A DNA stretch of 64,000 bases from NCBI GenBank assembly GCA_040954595.2, contig CM082579.2:1625908-1689907 (forward strand). The letters are read 5' to 3'. The DNA is from Balanoglossus misakiensis. Lineage: Eukaryota > Animalia > Hemichordata. Positions within the stretch are counted from its first letter, which is position 1; every line of letters starts with the position of its first letter. This document shows, piece after piece, positions 26,800 to 40,400 of the stretch. A model generated the notes under the pieces. The model ran no database searches. It had not been told where the DNA came from and saw nothing but the letters and a program-made list of their open reading frames with translations. The position numbers were made by a program, and so were the translations under genes.

Positions 26800-27060
26800 G
26801 TGAGTGAAACATTGGGTGAATTATCGGCAAAGTACACAATTAACTTATTCCACGGCACACAAGGAATTCTTCAAGGCCGGTCAGCAGACGTTATCTTGGC
26901 GTGTCTGTCAGATTTTTTCTTTGGGGTTGGAAAATCTGAATAGCGATAAGACTGGCTCCTTCAAACAGCTATTACCGTCGTTTGGCAGATTTACCTGTTG
27001 TTGTTTGTCTGGCCATAGTATAGGCTTCCAGGGATTACTGAGTAAACTCTCTTATTAACA
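26800..27060 (+). mobile_element. Degenerate LINE ORF2 C-terminal fragment
   Basis: LTYSTA...QTLSWRVCQ...FKQLLP resembles the CR1/L2 ORF2 tail. Confidence 0.25.
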
Positions 27061-28711
27061 GACAACTGGCATTCATGAGTTTCAAACAAACATAATCTGG
27101 TGAAAACTGATGGACGTGTTCATTTGATATCGGACTTGCTATCCTGTCTCCTGTTTGATACAAAGGGAAATAATATTTTACAGCAATCAAGTGTCACACA
27201 TCATGATTCATTGACGTCCAGGGATGCGATCGGTAGATTTATCAAACATAATCCATGTAAAAAATATGATTCTCAAGATTTTGCAAAGACAAGCGCGCTT
27301 TGAGAGCTATAAGTAACAAATTATACATTTGGCCTGAACATGTCTTGTACGGGCGATCCCTTGTTTTTCAACCAGCATCGGTTTGATTGTTTATGGTGGT
27401 CTATTTTGCATGAACCCATATGATCAGATGCATCAATTCATATTTTAAAGGGAACGCCAGCTGTATAGGCCAATAAATTTTACATCCATCTATACAGGCG
27501 TATTAATAATTGCAATGCCCTTCCCCCAATGCCCAGGTATCAGACAAGCAGCACAGTACACATTCTACGGTGTATGTCAACGATAATCACACAAACGACG
27601 TGATGGGGTGTATGGTTGAAAAATGGGATGTCATAAACGTTTTGTTATGAGTTGATATGTACATATGTGCTGCAAATTAATTCCAGGGACCACATCAGCA
27701 TAAAAGTGTATCATCATCACTGTACTAAAGGCGACATGAGGCGTACTAAGCTTGTGGAACACTTGATATAGTGCAGTTCCTTTTATTAGTGGAGACATAT
27801 TGTCTTCTCTTTTTATTGATCTCAGTCAATAAATAATATTGGTTATGAAAAGGTATATGGGTGATGTGAATAATGCCATTTGTCGCAAAGTGTCATCGCT
27901 ACGAGTGGATATATGTGACACTTTTACTAATTTCAAAATATTCCAATCAGATAAATAATAATATTCCAACATTTAAATTCCTGTGATGGATAACATGTTT
28001 AATGCACAGAAACAGATGATTACAACTACGTGTTGAAGTAAATGATTTGTCAAAAATTTCTTTCCAATTAGCCAAGTGATTTATAGCAGACTACATTTTC
28101 TCGTTGCACTTCTTCGCGCGAGATTTGACAACCTATGGCAATCTCAGATGTCAGGGCAAGCGTTGCTATATGCGTTGCTGCGTTTCCGTGTGAAAGTGGT
28201 TGTCGCGATTCGTCTTCTTTCTCTACGTTTGAGGAGTCTTAGAAGTCTTAGAAATGCTCACAGAGAAAAAATAATATGTGTGTTCCTGTTCACTGTTGGT
28301 GGATTTTACGCTCGGCTTGAAAAAGCAAAGTTTGCCGATTGACCTCTCTCAGTCGTCTGACTCTTGACAATTTATCTGTTGCAGGTGGCACTCAGTTTAC
28401 GACACTCGTGCAGAACTGTTGTGTGGCTAAAGCCTGTACACATTGAAACGAAACAATGGCGTTAACAGTCATATCTCCCGCACAATTCTCAGAGAGAGTA
28501 GAAGGATAAGTTGACCACAGAACGCTTGACAATCACCGATGGAACTCATTACACGCGAGCACTCTGAATCTACTGGCGTAATCTGCATGCCTGATGAAAT
28601 GAACATCTGACATGCGCAGTGGGAATACTCTCTTCGCCAGCCATAGGCAGCTTCTATTCATGCCAGCCACGGCGGTCTCACAGCTCACTTTGACGGTGGC
28701 TGAGTAGCGCG

Positions 28712-28981
28712 ATGACAGCGAGCAAGGCACGTAGTCTGCGACACTCGCTCATTCACCCAACTCTACTTCTTTCAGTTTACGTTTCCTGCATACGATGTAC
28801 AGCTGCAGCGCTCGCACAAAACAGCACCATCCACATCGGCGGACTTTTCTCGCTCAACGGGACTTCGTACGCCAAGGATGGACACTCGGAGTTATTTTCA
28901 GCAGAACTGGCGATTAAGCACATCAATGAAAGGAATGTGTTGCCTGGATACCAATTAAAGATGTACTATAATGATACACAG
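28712..28981 (+). CDS. GABA-B-R3: GABA-B-R3-like coding exon 1 (signal peptide, IHIGGLF...YYNDTQ)
   Basis: In-frame TGA upstream at 28691; donor GTGAGT at 28982. Confidence 0.9.
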
Positions 28982-29067
28982 GTGAGTTGTCAATTATACA
29001 GTAAGTTGGAATACTACGTCATATAATACTGTACTACTATACAGTTACTACCAATATTAATGCATGT

Positions 29068-29632
29068 ACATGTCGAATATTCATTAAAGGTAACTCCAAA
29101 ACAGCGAAACTACACATAAGTGTAAATTGTGGACTTCATTGACATACATGAGTGTCGTTCGTGGACCGTAGCACATGTGAATGGACACCATTTCTTTCCA
29201 CAATCTGGCAATTCTAATAAATGCCCTATACTTCTGTATTTCCACGCCATGTAAGTGTGAATATCGGAAACTTTGGCATGCTCAGAGAGTAACACATAAC
29301 CTCATATCAAATCCATCTGGTTTAGTCTATAAGGACTTCACATCCTGCCGTCGGTGTCCATGAAAGATTGTGCTGAACATAATCCATCCCATGTCGTTGA
29401 GTGGTGGATTGAGCATGATTCAAGGAAGATTCCCCTGCAAATTATCAGTTTAATCTTATCATCTGTCTGTCTGTCTGTTTTACGGCGTACCGGTACTTCT
29501 CTGATCATGTCGTTCTGTTACTAGTCACTCTGGCGGCAAGTATTGCATATCGATACAAAAGCTGCACTGGTGTAGACACTGTACCAGTAGTTTCGCTGTT
29601 TGGGAGTTACCTTTAATGAATATTCGACATGT
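29068..29632. mobile_element. MITE-like element with 46-bp terminal inverted repeats
   Basis: 29068-29113 is the reverse complement of 29587-29632 with 1 mismatch; no coding capacity inside. Confidence 0.75.
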
Positions 29633-32600
29633 CATATCCGTTGCCATGGTGACCCTACTATGAGTCCGATGCGAGATGCTTTCAGTTGCTCTTTTTCTTG
29701 AGCTACCCTGACAGATGGTTTTCGTCTCAGGTTAACTTATTTATTGTTTGCCCTCGGGGAGTGAGAGACTCTAATATGCATTTATTCCGAAAGTTTTGGG
29801 AAGTTTAATAATTTAGGATCTAAATTGAAACATAATATGTCGTGCATGTCCAGCGTATGTTGAACTTTATCGGTTGGCAACAGAGTATTTATGTGTGTGT
29901 GTATACGAAATATGTTGTTCGACTTTACGTATTATATTTCATCTTGCTTCGGGAAGTAGAACAACAAGCTGAAGATTATACAGAAATATAGCCAACACTA
30001 TAGCCGGATTATGAACATCCAAGTATATAATTAATCTACTTTTGGCACAGGGCATAGTCAAATATGAAGGCAGAAGACTGAACTTATGTTTGTCATAATT
30101 AATTGAAACGTTATTTTGTCAGAGAACCAAATTGGCTAAGCCGTCTATTTCCTATTTTAGGAAATGCAAACTTTTCACTTCCTAATAAATGTGCTTGTTT
30201 AAGTGAAGTTCTTATGGTGAAAAATCTGTAGAACACTTAGAAAGAAATCCCCTAATTAAAGGTTGTCAAACCCTTTGTTAGCAGTAATACCGTGTAATGC
30301 CAACGACCTCATTTTCATTCATGGGATAATTACTTGATTTTTCTAAAGATTGCTATCTTTTCAATACTCTGTCTGACAAACTGACCTCATGTAAGCTCAA
30401 TGTTGTGTTGGGTCGCGTGAGATCGTACTGTACTTCACTGAATGTAAGTGTGAAGGCATGACATCAAGATGTTGGGCACCCGCAGCTGACGAATAATCTG
30501 CCATTAAACCGATTCCTGGCTGCGCTTTTACAGAATCTGGTCCGTCCCGATATGGCTCCGTCGCCAAACATAATAAAAGGGATTCGTCCACGTCCATTCC
30601 CGCCAAATCCTTGACCCGACATTAACATGCTCCGTCACTACGACAGACATGCTGTTCCCGCTGATTGTCGACAAATGAAATGAGACGTGCATTTCCCGAG
30701 CATTGTTTGCCATGTCTCTCAGATAGTTAGTCATTGCATTAACCTGAAGTACAAGCACAACTGTTACAAGAGAGAATTCCACTAACGCGTGGCTTCATTC
30801 TCTAAACCGATGATTAACAACATAATTACAAACGACGTCATTACGAGCACGAGGGAAATACATCCTTGAAGTGTTCTTGCCGTCAATTTTTTTTATCGCT
30901 CGTGCGTGTTCAGTGTCTGTAGCCACACATTGGCACCTCTTTTTGTTTTTCTGCCGAAATTAGGCACCTTGGTCGGTTGGGGCAATCGGTATGGGTTAGT
31001 TTTATTTTATTTGCCGTATTTCACGCTTACCCTTCTAGTATCTGCACATATTCCCGAAACTGCCAACACTTTAAAAAATCAACATATGTTTGCCGGACAA
31101 ATATGTCAACCTTAAATGAACAGGGCCATTTCTTGATATTTCAAGTACTAAATGGAGTTTTTTTCTATGTGCTCTTAGCTCTGAATATATGAGTGTATCA
31201 GTGATTGACTCACAGTTGAAATTTAACTCACTCCAATAATTTCCAAGTAATAACTCAACCAGGAAAAGGTACGCGTTTGCAAATGTCAAAACTATGGCGC
31301 TGGTACTCCTAATTCCTATCGCAAATATATTTTTCCCAAATCTCCAGAATACCACTCCCGGGAAAATTGATATTTTTGTTGCTATAGAGATGACGCAAGA
31401 CATAAGGGTGACACATGTGTTACTATTGACAAGGCGAGGTCCAACGCGCCGTTGCCTTGACAACGCGTCGCAGAGGTCAGCTAATTTGGCAGTGCGGTCT
31501 GCTTTCGATTTGTACGCCAAGAGATGGTTCCGTCATTGTACGGATAGGTTCAAGAAGAATGTAATCAAACTCCCAGCACTGATCCGAATTAAATGAACGC
31601 GCGGGTCAGAGGTCATCTGGCCTGCCGAGTAACCATGGTAAACCCGAAACATCTTGGAAAGAATCGGTTTATTGGATTAGCGTTTTCTTTGAAAAGAATT
31701 AACAAAAAAACGGCACATATGCAAAGAAATTCAGCAGGCTGATTTTATCTGGCACGCAACCTTTAAACACTATATATGAAGTCATTAAAATTGTAACAAT
31801 TCGAGTCACCAATGACAAACGAAAATCTATGTTTGGCGATGAAAATAGACTAATATCTATTTCGATCAGTGAACACAATGCATTCAGTGTAAGAAGACTT
31901 TAACTGGCCCTTTCCACCATCAATAGCATTAATGAAATCTTCACAATCTTCAAACCAAGTGTATCTCTGATTGAGCGTACACATATTTCTGGACCATTAC
32001 TTTCTATTTCTCACAAGAGCCATTGGGCTATAGGTGTCATGAACATTCACAAAGCGTTTTCATTGCCTAAAGCAACATGGTTGATGTGTAAGTCGGGGTG
32101 ATCCTTGGAAATAAGTTGCGTCTATCTGCATTCTTTGTTTCTTATTTTGTTTATATGATATGAAGATAAGAAAAAGTCCCTATTTTTCATACAGTATGGT
32201 TTGTATATATAGTGATGTCGGGTCATTTAGTTGTGTTGACCTTTGAATTAATGAACGTTTAATATTCAAGCGGTTGTAACAGGTGTTGATTATTCTCGTT
32301 CAGGATTGCAATTGGTTCAACTGCTGGAGCATGATGTCACGTGCCAGAAATTGTTCCCTATTTTGGCAACAGAAAGTGGATTTGCAAGCACATTAGCTTT
32401 TGAATTGTCCGAAATGAAGCTGTGAAAACCAAGAAAATTCAATGTTGTTCAAATCATCTAGCGTCATTGCAAAACACTCCTTCAAAGGAGCGGTCGTATG
32501 TAATGATGCGGCACCCAGAGATTCTTACCAGCAAGCGAAATGAGTTGCTCAGAGATATCAATATTAAACGTATCAGTGATTTGCTATCGGCGTTGGGCGT

Positions 32601-33829
32601 ATATCGTATCAAATGAAATTTTATACGTTGGTGTAAATCGAAACGAAATTGATGTTTATTTTAGATAACACTTTGAGGGTCTCATCTTTCCGCATCTGAC
32701 TATGCTGAATGCAATTTTGGTTTTTCGAAACACTTCTCTTTAACATGTGACTTTGTTTCTGCATGTATACGGTATATCTGACCGGCAATGTAAATTCTCA
32801 CTCCATTGACAAATCATCAGCGCGTTTCACGCCTTATCTGATGCCTGGTAGACCAGTTTCAACACCATGGCATTTAAAACAACGGGCAGAAATCCCCAAG
32901 CTCTTGCCTGCCCACATACCTTTAACACCCACGGCTATAGGCAGCACCTTAGCATATAATTTGGTCACCAATCCCTGTAGCTATACAAAGTGCTTGTGCA
33001 TTAGTAGAGGGTTTGCAAGATTTCTTATCAGGCTAAAATGGAGAAAAAAACATCGAGTTGTCGAAAGTGTTCTCGGTTTGGAAAAGGTCATGTGGAGTAG
33101 TCTGAGCGCTAAGGAGGCTGGGGATTCCTGAGGTTGATGGTTGTCATCATTTTTGTGTGTAATTCTCACGTTGTAAACAGCTGACCAACATTTGACACTC
33201 CAATTGTCGGAGAGAAAATGCTGCTTTGCTTGTGAATTACGTCAAACGATAGGAATTCAGTTTGTCTTTGAGTTCGACGGATTTACTAAAGGAACGACAA
33301 TTAGATTATGTGAAGGGAACTAGGTGTTGTGTCTACAAAGACATTCATGTTTTGTGCAGTACTTTATTTTGAATATTGCCTTCGTTTTGGACATCCATAA
33401 TGCGATTCATTATTTTCAGTACGGTTACTTCACGCTGGAAGATGAACGCCAGTTCTTTGAGGATCTTTATGGGAGACATTTCCCGCCCTAATTTGCGCGG
33501 GAAAAGTCTGAAAACATAACTTTGGTCAGTCGACAGTGTAAGAAGCATGCCAAAACATGAGTGGCATCAAAGAGAGAATAAAAAGCTTTCTCGCGAGCCC
33601 CCCCCCCCCCCCACCCCTTCCGCAAGTGACGTAAGGTTGTTCGTGGTTTAACGGGAAAGTGTTGCAGAGAGCGTCAGGCTGTCTCGATGTGTTTAGTCAT
33701 AAATTTTGTTGCATGGGGTGAAAATAGCCCCCGCAGCAGCTATATCGTAGCCCGAGTAATTTACTGCAGTCTGTCTCACCATGGAGACACGCGTATAATG
33801 GGCTGTGAAGAATTATTATCGCAGGGGTG

Positions 33830-34450
33830 AATGTTAGTGAAGAGAACTCGTCTGCTGAACCCTCCAATGATTATCCACTACAGTGTAACACGGCGCTCCT
33901 TACACACCTGCTTGTGTAATACATCACGCTGCCAGGGTGAAGTGGTAGAAGTTGCCTTGCAAAGTTTCGCCCTTCAGGGTTTGCAACCGTCTGGACAGGA
34001 CCACTGGAAACATGTTTGACTCCCAGACATTCTCATTTGGTACGTGGTTAGTGTGGCAGTGCGATGAGACAAAAGTTGTCATTGAGCCTGGTTGTTAGAA
34101 CGAGACATCCAACAATTCTTCTGTTTCCACATTCATACTCACGTGACGACAACGAGGTACCCTTTTTTCTGCGGCGAAATGAGGACTTCGGGATATAAAA
34201 GTAGGCCGCTTTACATATTATGTAGAATAAAAAAGGCCTACTGGTGGATAGCTAGCCTCCAGCAAGAGGCATGCTTAAACAGAACGAGGCCGAAGTATAC
34301 CTCTCCAGCAAGTTTCCAATACCGCGGTTCCCTTGCCGTCGATTTAAGTACCACAGAAGACCGTGCAGCAATTCAGCTTTGCGAAAGAACAGAATAAGAA
34401 AGTGCAGCACGGATAGCAAACTCCTGAAAGGAATGTTCACACTGAATATA
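33830..34450 (+). mobile_element. Degenerate CR1/L2-like LINE ORF2 3' fragment in intron 1
   Basis: GEVVEV...QGLQPSGQDHWKHV, ERDIQQFFC, SRPLYILCRIKKA and LSTTEDRAAIQLCE resemble post-RT LINE motifs. Confidence 0.45.
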
Positions 34451-35572
34451 AAAGTAATAGAAATACAAATCCCCTCGACTATTCTCAGTTGGTGCAGCCA
34501 CAGGTGAGCATAATGCTGGGATTAGCTGCAAATGAACAAAACCGCGGTCTGTTTGTTATGTATTAAATTTTCATGGCTGCAGTTCGACGGTTAGATTAAA
34601 AACACCGGTAGCGCATTGAAATTGGTGTAAGTCAAATCAGATTTTAGAAATACAGAAAACAAGGTTGCTTGTTGGCTTACGGTAGAATCTTCCTTCAGGG
34701 ACGGTTTTACTTTATTAAACATGCGCGAAGTCATTTCCAAAGCAAAAATGAAGTCTCTCCTAATTCGGGTGCAACCAATATTAGTGGGTGGAGAACATCT
34801 GAAATACCAGCAATGACGAATTCTTAACGTCATTGACAATAGGAAACATACGATCAATGCCTGGAGATGTATGGATCTTAGGAAGCAGTTAGCGCTGTTG
34901 TTAACACACCAGGACGTTTCCATGGCAATAGACTTGGTGTCCTGTGACGGTTATCAGCTCAAAGTACTGAAAAATGTTCTTCGTCGGTTTTCTGTTATCG
35001 ATTGTAGAAGCTACCAAACACTCATCATTTCTGGCTTATCTTTTGTCAAATTCCTTTGATGATGTGAATGATAAATTGTTCATTCCGTCGCTTTGGAACT
35101 TACACAACTGATAATGATATTTGAAAGACCTAAATTACGTATGAATACCGCGCATTAAATGAAATCATTATCATTCTACCTGACAATGCTTTCCGCGTGC
35201 TCCAAATTATATAAAAACGCGACCACGTAATTAGGTATATGCGAATATGGAATCACAATAATAAGCTGTTTTCGGTAACGGTATCAGTACCGGTGTCATT
35301 ATAGCTCTCTTTTTCATGATAAATTTGCCAAGAAAATGGACTTCTCTACTGAAAATTTGATTTAGAGCCGACACTTAGCCCCCTCGGTCTTGTCTTTTAA
35401 CGTAATGTCTGTTGATGATTAGGCAGTCCTACTTGCCCAGCAGGCTTTGAGATCTGTTTTTCATAGATTGCACGCAGGACCAATCCGACAGTGTCTGTAG
35501 TTCACTGGTGATGTGATTTGGTGTATTCTGCATAATTTGCGCAGATAGAATGACACCGTAAGACATACACAA

Positions 35573-35611
35573 TTCATTCATTCATTCATTCACTCACTCA
35601 CTCTCACTCAC
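35573..35611. repeat. (TCAT)n(TCAC)n microsatellite
   Basis: Directly visible. Confidence 0.9.
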
Positions 35612-35799
35612 TTATGTACATGTAAAAAGATCTATTAGAATTCTACAGTGTTTAAGAAAATAAATTAAATAATTCAGCTAAAATAAAAGTTTAAAGCAAA
35701 AATCTGGGATGGGTTGATGTTAAAAAGTGGGTCTTGTTGACACATTCACTTAGTCTGAATTGAACTGGAAAAGAGATTCTGACATTGAAAGGAAACTTC

Positions 35800-37450
35800 A
35801 CTTTATGATGGTGGTGTAATAAAACGTCCAAATAAGAGCGTAGAGAACAGCTGTGTTCACAGCGACTGAATTCATAATGACGTTGGGCCGGAATTTACAT
35901 TACCAAGCGGTGAGTTTTACGTTTGATTACACTCAACAATTGTGTTCAGATCACTTTAGAGAGAACGACATTCATTTTCTTTTTAAGTGGTGTAGTAAAC
36001 TTCTGGGGTTGGAGTGGCCGAGTTCAGGTTGTTTCGTGGAGTAACATCACAAACATACTGCGACGAGTTATTGCGCTCGTGTGCCAAGATCATCAGGACT
36101 GGAATCATCTTATTTTGATTCCGAAAATGACGAAGGCATTTTGTGCGTATTCGCCATAAAGCTTGTACAGACATGACATCAATTTGGACATTATCACTGA
36201 GGATAATAAACATATACATTTTTATCGTCTGTATATCAATGTTTTTTTATTTTACGGCGAAAATGTTGCCCATACGCCACCCAACAAAATAAGGTAATAC
36301 TCGTCACCGTGAAACGATATATATGGAATATGATTTTAACATTACGATGACCTTAGCTTTATGGTAAATTTCCATAACCAGAAATAAAAAACAAATACTT
36401 TAGCAATAATCACAGCGAAAGTCTTTGACGAAACATTCTTTACTTGTGATTCGATTTGTAAAAGTCGAGGCTTGTTCTGACTTGCTCTGCATTTCAATTG
36501 ATTTTGATTGGCTGTCAATATAAAAGCCATTATGTGATTGCATTAGGTGAATGCACTATGCTTCGACGTTCAGTCTAACACAGCTGCATCGTTCAAATAA
36601 ATGCTGTACGTAGGATATTATAGCTACGTTTCTGTGATCAACATCCACGCAAAAATAGCCTCACCAATTTTGCCGAGGATACCAAATTCATCTAAACTGT
36701 CTAATGATTCTACAAAAACCTTCCGATGTACAGGTCGCATTACAACATTGTATCGATTTCGTTGTTGCTGACTGTTGTTGCTGTAGGCTGTGAGTTTTGA
36801 GCACGTGTCAAACAACACCCTACCGAATGTGTGGTCTGACCTATCACACTGACCCGAACACCGACAGCTTCTGTTCAAATAGGCAAATCGCCATGACGGC
36901 GAAATCTTACTCTCTGCGTGCATCAGTGGCACATGATGTATCTCTCCAGCTGGTTGCTCTGTCACCATAACAAAATTATAAACGCGTTGCCAGTCTGGCC
37001 CAGTGATGAATAGATTATTGTGAGGAGTTATCAAAGTCAAAGAGAAAGCCATATACAAAAAGTTAACATTAGACACCCCCTTTGTAAACACCATTTGTTT
37101 TGTTCACAGCTATTCAAATGTACCAACAACATACATCACAAAGAACGACGCGATTGATTTCTTGATCAACGCAGCAGGCCAGCAGCCTTTGCCTAACAAG
37201 GCAATTTTATGCAGCGGGCAGAAAATCGACCTGTCGTCATTGCCTCGGTGGCATTGTGCCTTCGTTAAGAACTCCTTTGAAAACATCCCTTCATTAAGTT
37301 CCACTACTTTTGTTCAATTACTGTCCAATATGTCCGTGTTTTCAGCATTGCCATCCATCCCGTTTGATGACCCCAGACAGTATATGCTTTCCCAGGAACA
37401 ACAACAGCTCTGAACTTCACTTGATGTTTGGACGAAGGAGTCTTAAGTCA
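35800..37450 (+). mobile_element. Decayed THAP + SWIM-like DNA transposon relic (Kolobok-like)
   Basis: QLCSDHFREND...SKLLGLEW is THAP-like (about 35935-36015). AGQ....KAIL and SSLPRWH, PFDDPR are SWIM/nuclease-associated motifs (about 37170-37380). Confidence 0.35.
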
Positions 37451-40400
37451 AAATGAAGTGCCTGACATTATAATACACACTGGAAGACCCTATCGTTTTT
37501 GCATTTTGCGGACTGCTTAGAGTTGAAAATGCATTAACATTCCAATCATCAGGGATACACAAACAATTAAGACGATACTACATTCCCTCAGTCGTTTTTT
37601 GTATCTTTAAAGTCATATAATGTTGAGAGGGCCATGATCCTGTCTGCAAAAGGCAGATACATGTAACATCTGGAATGTTGAAAATCGCATATATAAGATG
37701 GGGAGGGTGTCAAGGGCCCCAGGCTATACAGTCACCTATGCCTTCGCTGTTAGACTTGTTCAGTGTTTAGGATCGTGCCTCTGTCATCACATCGCCAATT
37801 CAGTTTCTCATGAACCTTAATCATTACTTGACATGTCATGATTTCTTATCTACAGCCTCACTGACAGTAAACACTTAGAAGTTTGCAGGCTTTAAGGTTC
37901 GACATTATTCAGGCTATCAGCAAAATCTTGATGTTACTGGTACACCCGTGTTAAGTAATTTGCTAATGGCTGATGTGAATTACCCAAAATCAAGAACGCT
38001 GTAAGCAAAGGTGACCAGGGACAAGTCTTCTGATAAAATGTCATTGTCCGGTTCTCGCATTAGTTCTTGTTGACATCTTGTTGGCATTGCATCATAAGGC
38101 CATGGAACTTTTATAGGTATGCTGGAATTATTTACCTAACATACCCATGCAATGGCAGATCATTATGGACGTGCTGTATATTTACATCTTTTGTGATTGA
38201 CGCTTGCTGTGAGTTGGATATTTATCTTTCTCGCGGAATGACTGTCGGGGGATTGCGGGAAAACCTACTTCTATTAGTTTCGTTAATAGTGAAATGTTGC
38301 ACAGAGCTCATACAAAAGAAATAATATTCAAAAGCATGATGCAATTTTATGATCACTGCAGTTGATAACCTTCATCAAACGCTATCGCCCAAAGAAAAAT
38401 GGTAAAAATATCGTCAAAGCTTCCTTCCTTACAAATCATGGTCAGTAATGGCCCACAATTTATGGAAGTCTAAAACCCAAGAAAGCGATCATACTTTTAA
38501 GTTTTCAACTTTACTGTAAGTACCGATCTTGGTTGTTGTACCAGTACATAACTGTACATGTCATTTGATTACTTTACTTACAGCTAGTACTTCTCTTTCA
38601 CGTGGAGAGTGAGAGAGACAGGACAAATCGATATCCGACATTTTTCTGTGGTGAAATGTCTTACTCTAGATGGTTTTGATGAACTGAGTTTGAAGTTAAG
38701 CGGTTCACATTTAACAAACCGAACATTGACTGATTCAGAATTATTGCAGCATGTCAGTGGTAGGATAGGAAGATCCGTTTAAGCCGATATCTTAGCATTC
38801 TCATCAAGAACTATCCAGGCTGATGATGTTTAAATATCAGAAGCAATCGTCGTTGATGGCAGCGTGTGCAGCGAAGAAGGCCAATCAGTCAAGAAGAAGG
38901 GGACTTATTCCACCCAGCTCAGCGGGTTAGAAGTAATTCTGACGTAGAAGGCGAATTAAGACCCATCCTGTCATTTGCGAAATGATGCGTTGTTGATTGT
39001 TTCCATTAAAATTTGCGATGGCAGTAAGGAGACTAAAGGATTACGGGTAAATACGTTTAGTAAAACGAACATTCAACACAACCGTGCGTTTTGCGGGTCT
39101 TTCTGTAAGCCCAAGTGTGCGCAATGAGTCAGGGGTTTGATCTCCAAGACTGAAAGGAATTTACTTCCCATAAAATCTAACGTATCGTAATTCCAACTGG
39201 AATTCAATACCAAACGGCCACGGCTTACATCACCATGAAAGTGTGGGTTGATTGGCATAAACTTGACTTATTTCAACTTGAACCTGTGATCAGTGAATTA
39301 TCCTCCTCGTCGATGCGCTCGATCATTACGGATTAAAGTAAGTGTAATTAGGGTATTGGTCAAGGTACAGCAATGCCACCCGAATAATAACCTGATGTGA
39401 ACTAAATATGCCCAATCGTCGGCCCTTCTATAATTTGCTCACAAAAACAACCGCTGTGACCGCATATAATTCTAGGGAGGTTTCAAGAAAGTTCGCTACA
39501 GTAATTATACACAAAAATTACCAAGTTCAAAGCTGGATTAAATTTGCAAATAAAAAATAAATATTAGACATTACATTAGAAGGCAGCACGGTCGAAAAAA
39601 CATGAATTGGAAATGTGGCTGGCTGTTTTCCTAGAGACCATTTAAATATTTGATTAGGAATTGATACCTGGTTCTAATGACGTCATCGATCTGTTTAAAC
39701 GAGCCGAGATTTCTATTTTGTTTATCCTTTGACGTCATCAGTTCAAAGGTGCTGCCTCTAAATACGAATACGGGCCCCATGACGTAAACTTACCGGATGA
39801 CTCGATCTAAACATTTAACCTGCTGTATTGTCTGTATTTTCTAGCCTCGTGACCTGTTTTAGTTTCTTGTAATTGGTGTCAGAATTGGGTGTGTACTGGT
39901 ATAAGCGGGCAAGGACGAGAGGTTGATATGTTTTTGTACACACGGTGCAAGTGGAGTTAGTGTTAAATCCTCGCGGGAGTCAGCAAGCATGGAACTTGTG
40001 ATCTCGCAAAGTACTTGTTTCGTTATTCTTTACATGGCTGTAAAATACTAAGTAAAATAAGTGACCATTGCTGATTATTCATAAAACAAAACTATTTTTC
40101 AAAGAGGTTTGTGTAGGTTTTCTGAGTGAGGCGCTTGGGGCTTTGATGATAATAAAATGTTGAGTTTTCCGAGCCTGTATTTAACTCCTAAATCTTCATT
40201 CTTAATATGACGATCTTTATAGGCCTTTCTTCTCCTTTTCTTTTTTAAGATTGGCGCCAACCAGACATTAAACTAATAAGCATTTATGCAACAGGGAATT
40301 TTTTCTTTTACATACGATCAGCTTTCCCATATAAATCATGGATTTGATCTCATTCAGCTGGAATGAATTGTGAATGAATTGTGTTTCGATGTTGTTCTCC

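Noticed and set aside
20338-33617. Poly-C tracts (20338-20357, 33598-33617) as G-quadruplex regulators
   Set aside because: They are isolated homopolymers with no supporting context.
31071-37094. Possible nested genes in intron 1 (ORFs 31071-31520, 32763-33131, 36624-37094)
   Set aside because: No recognisable domains or exon chain; chance ORFs and transposon debris explain them better.
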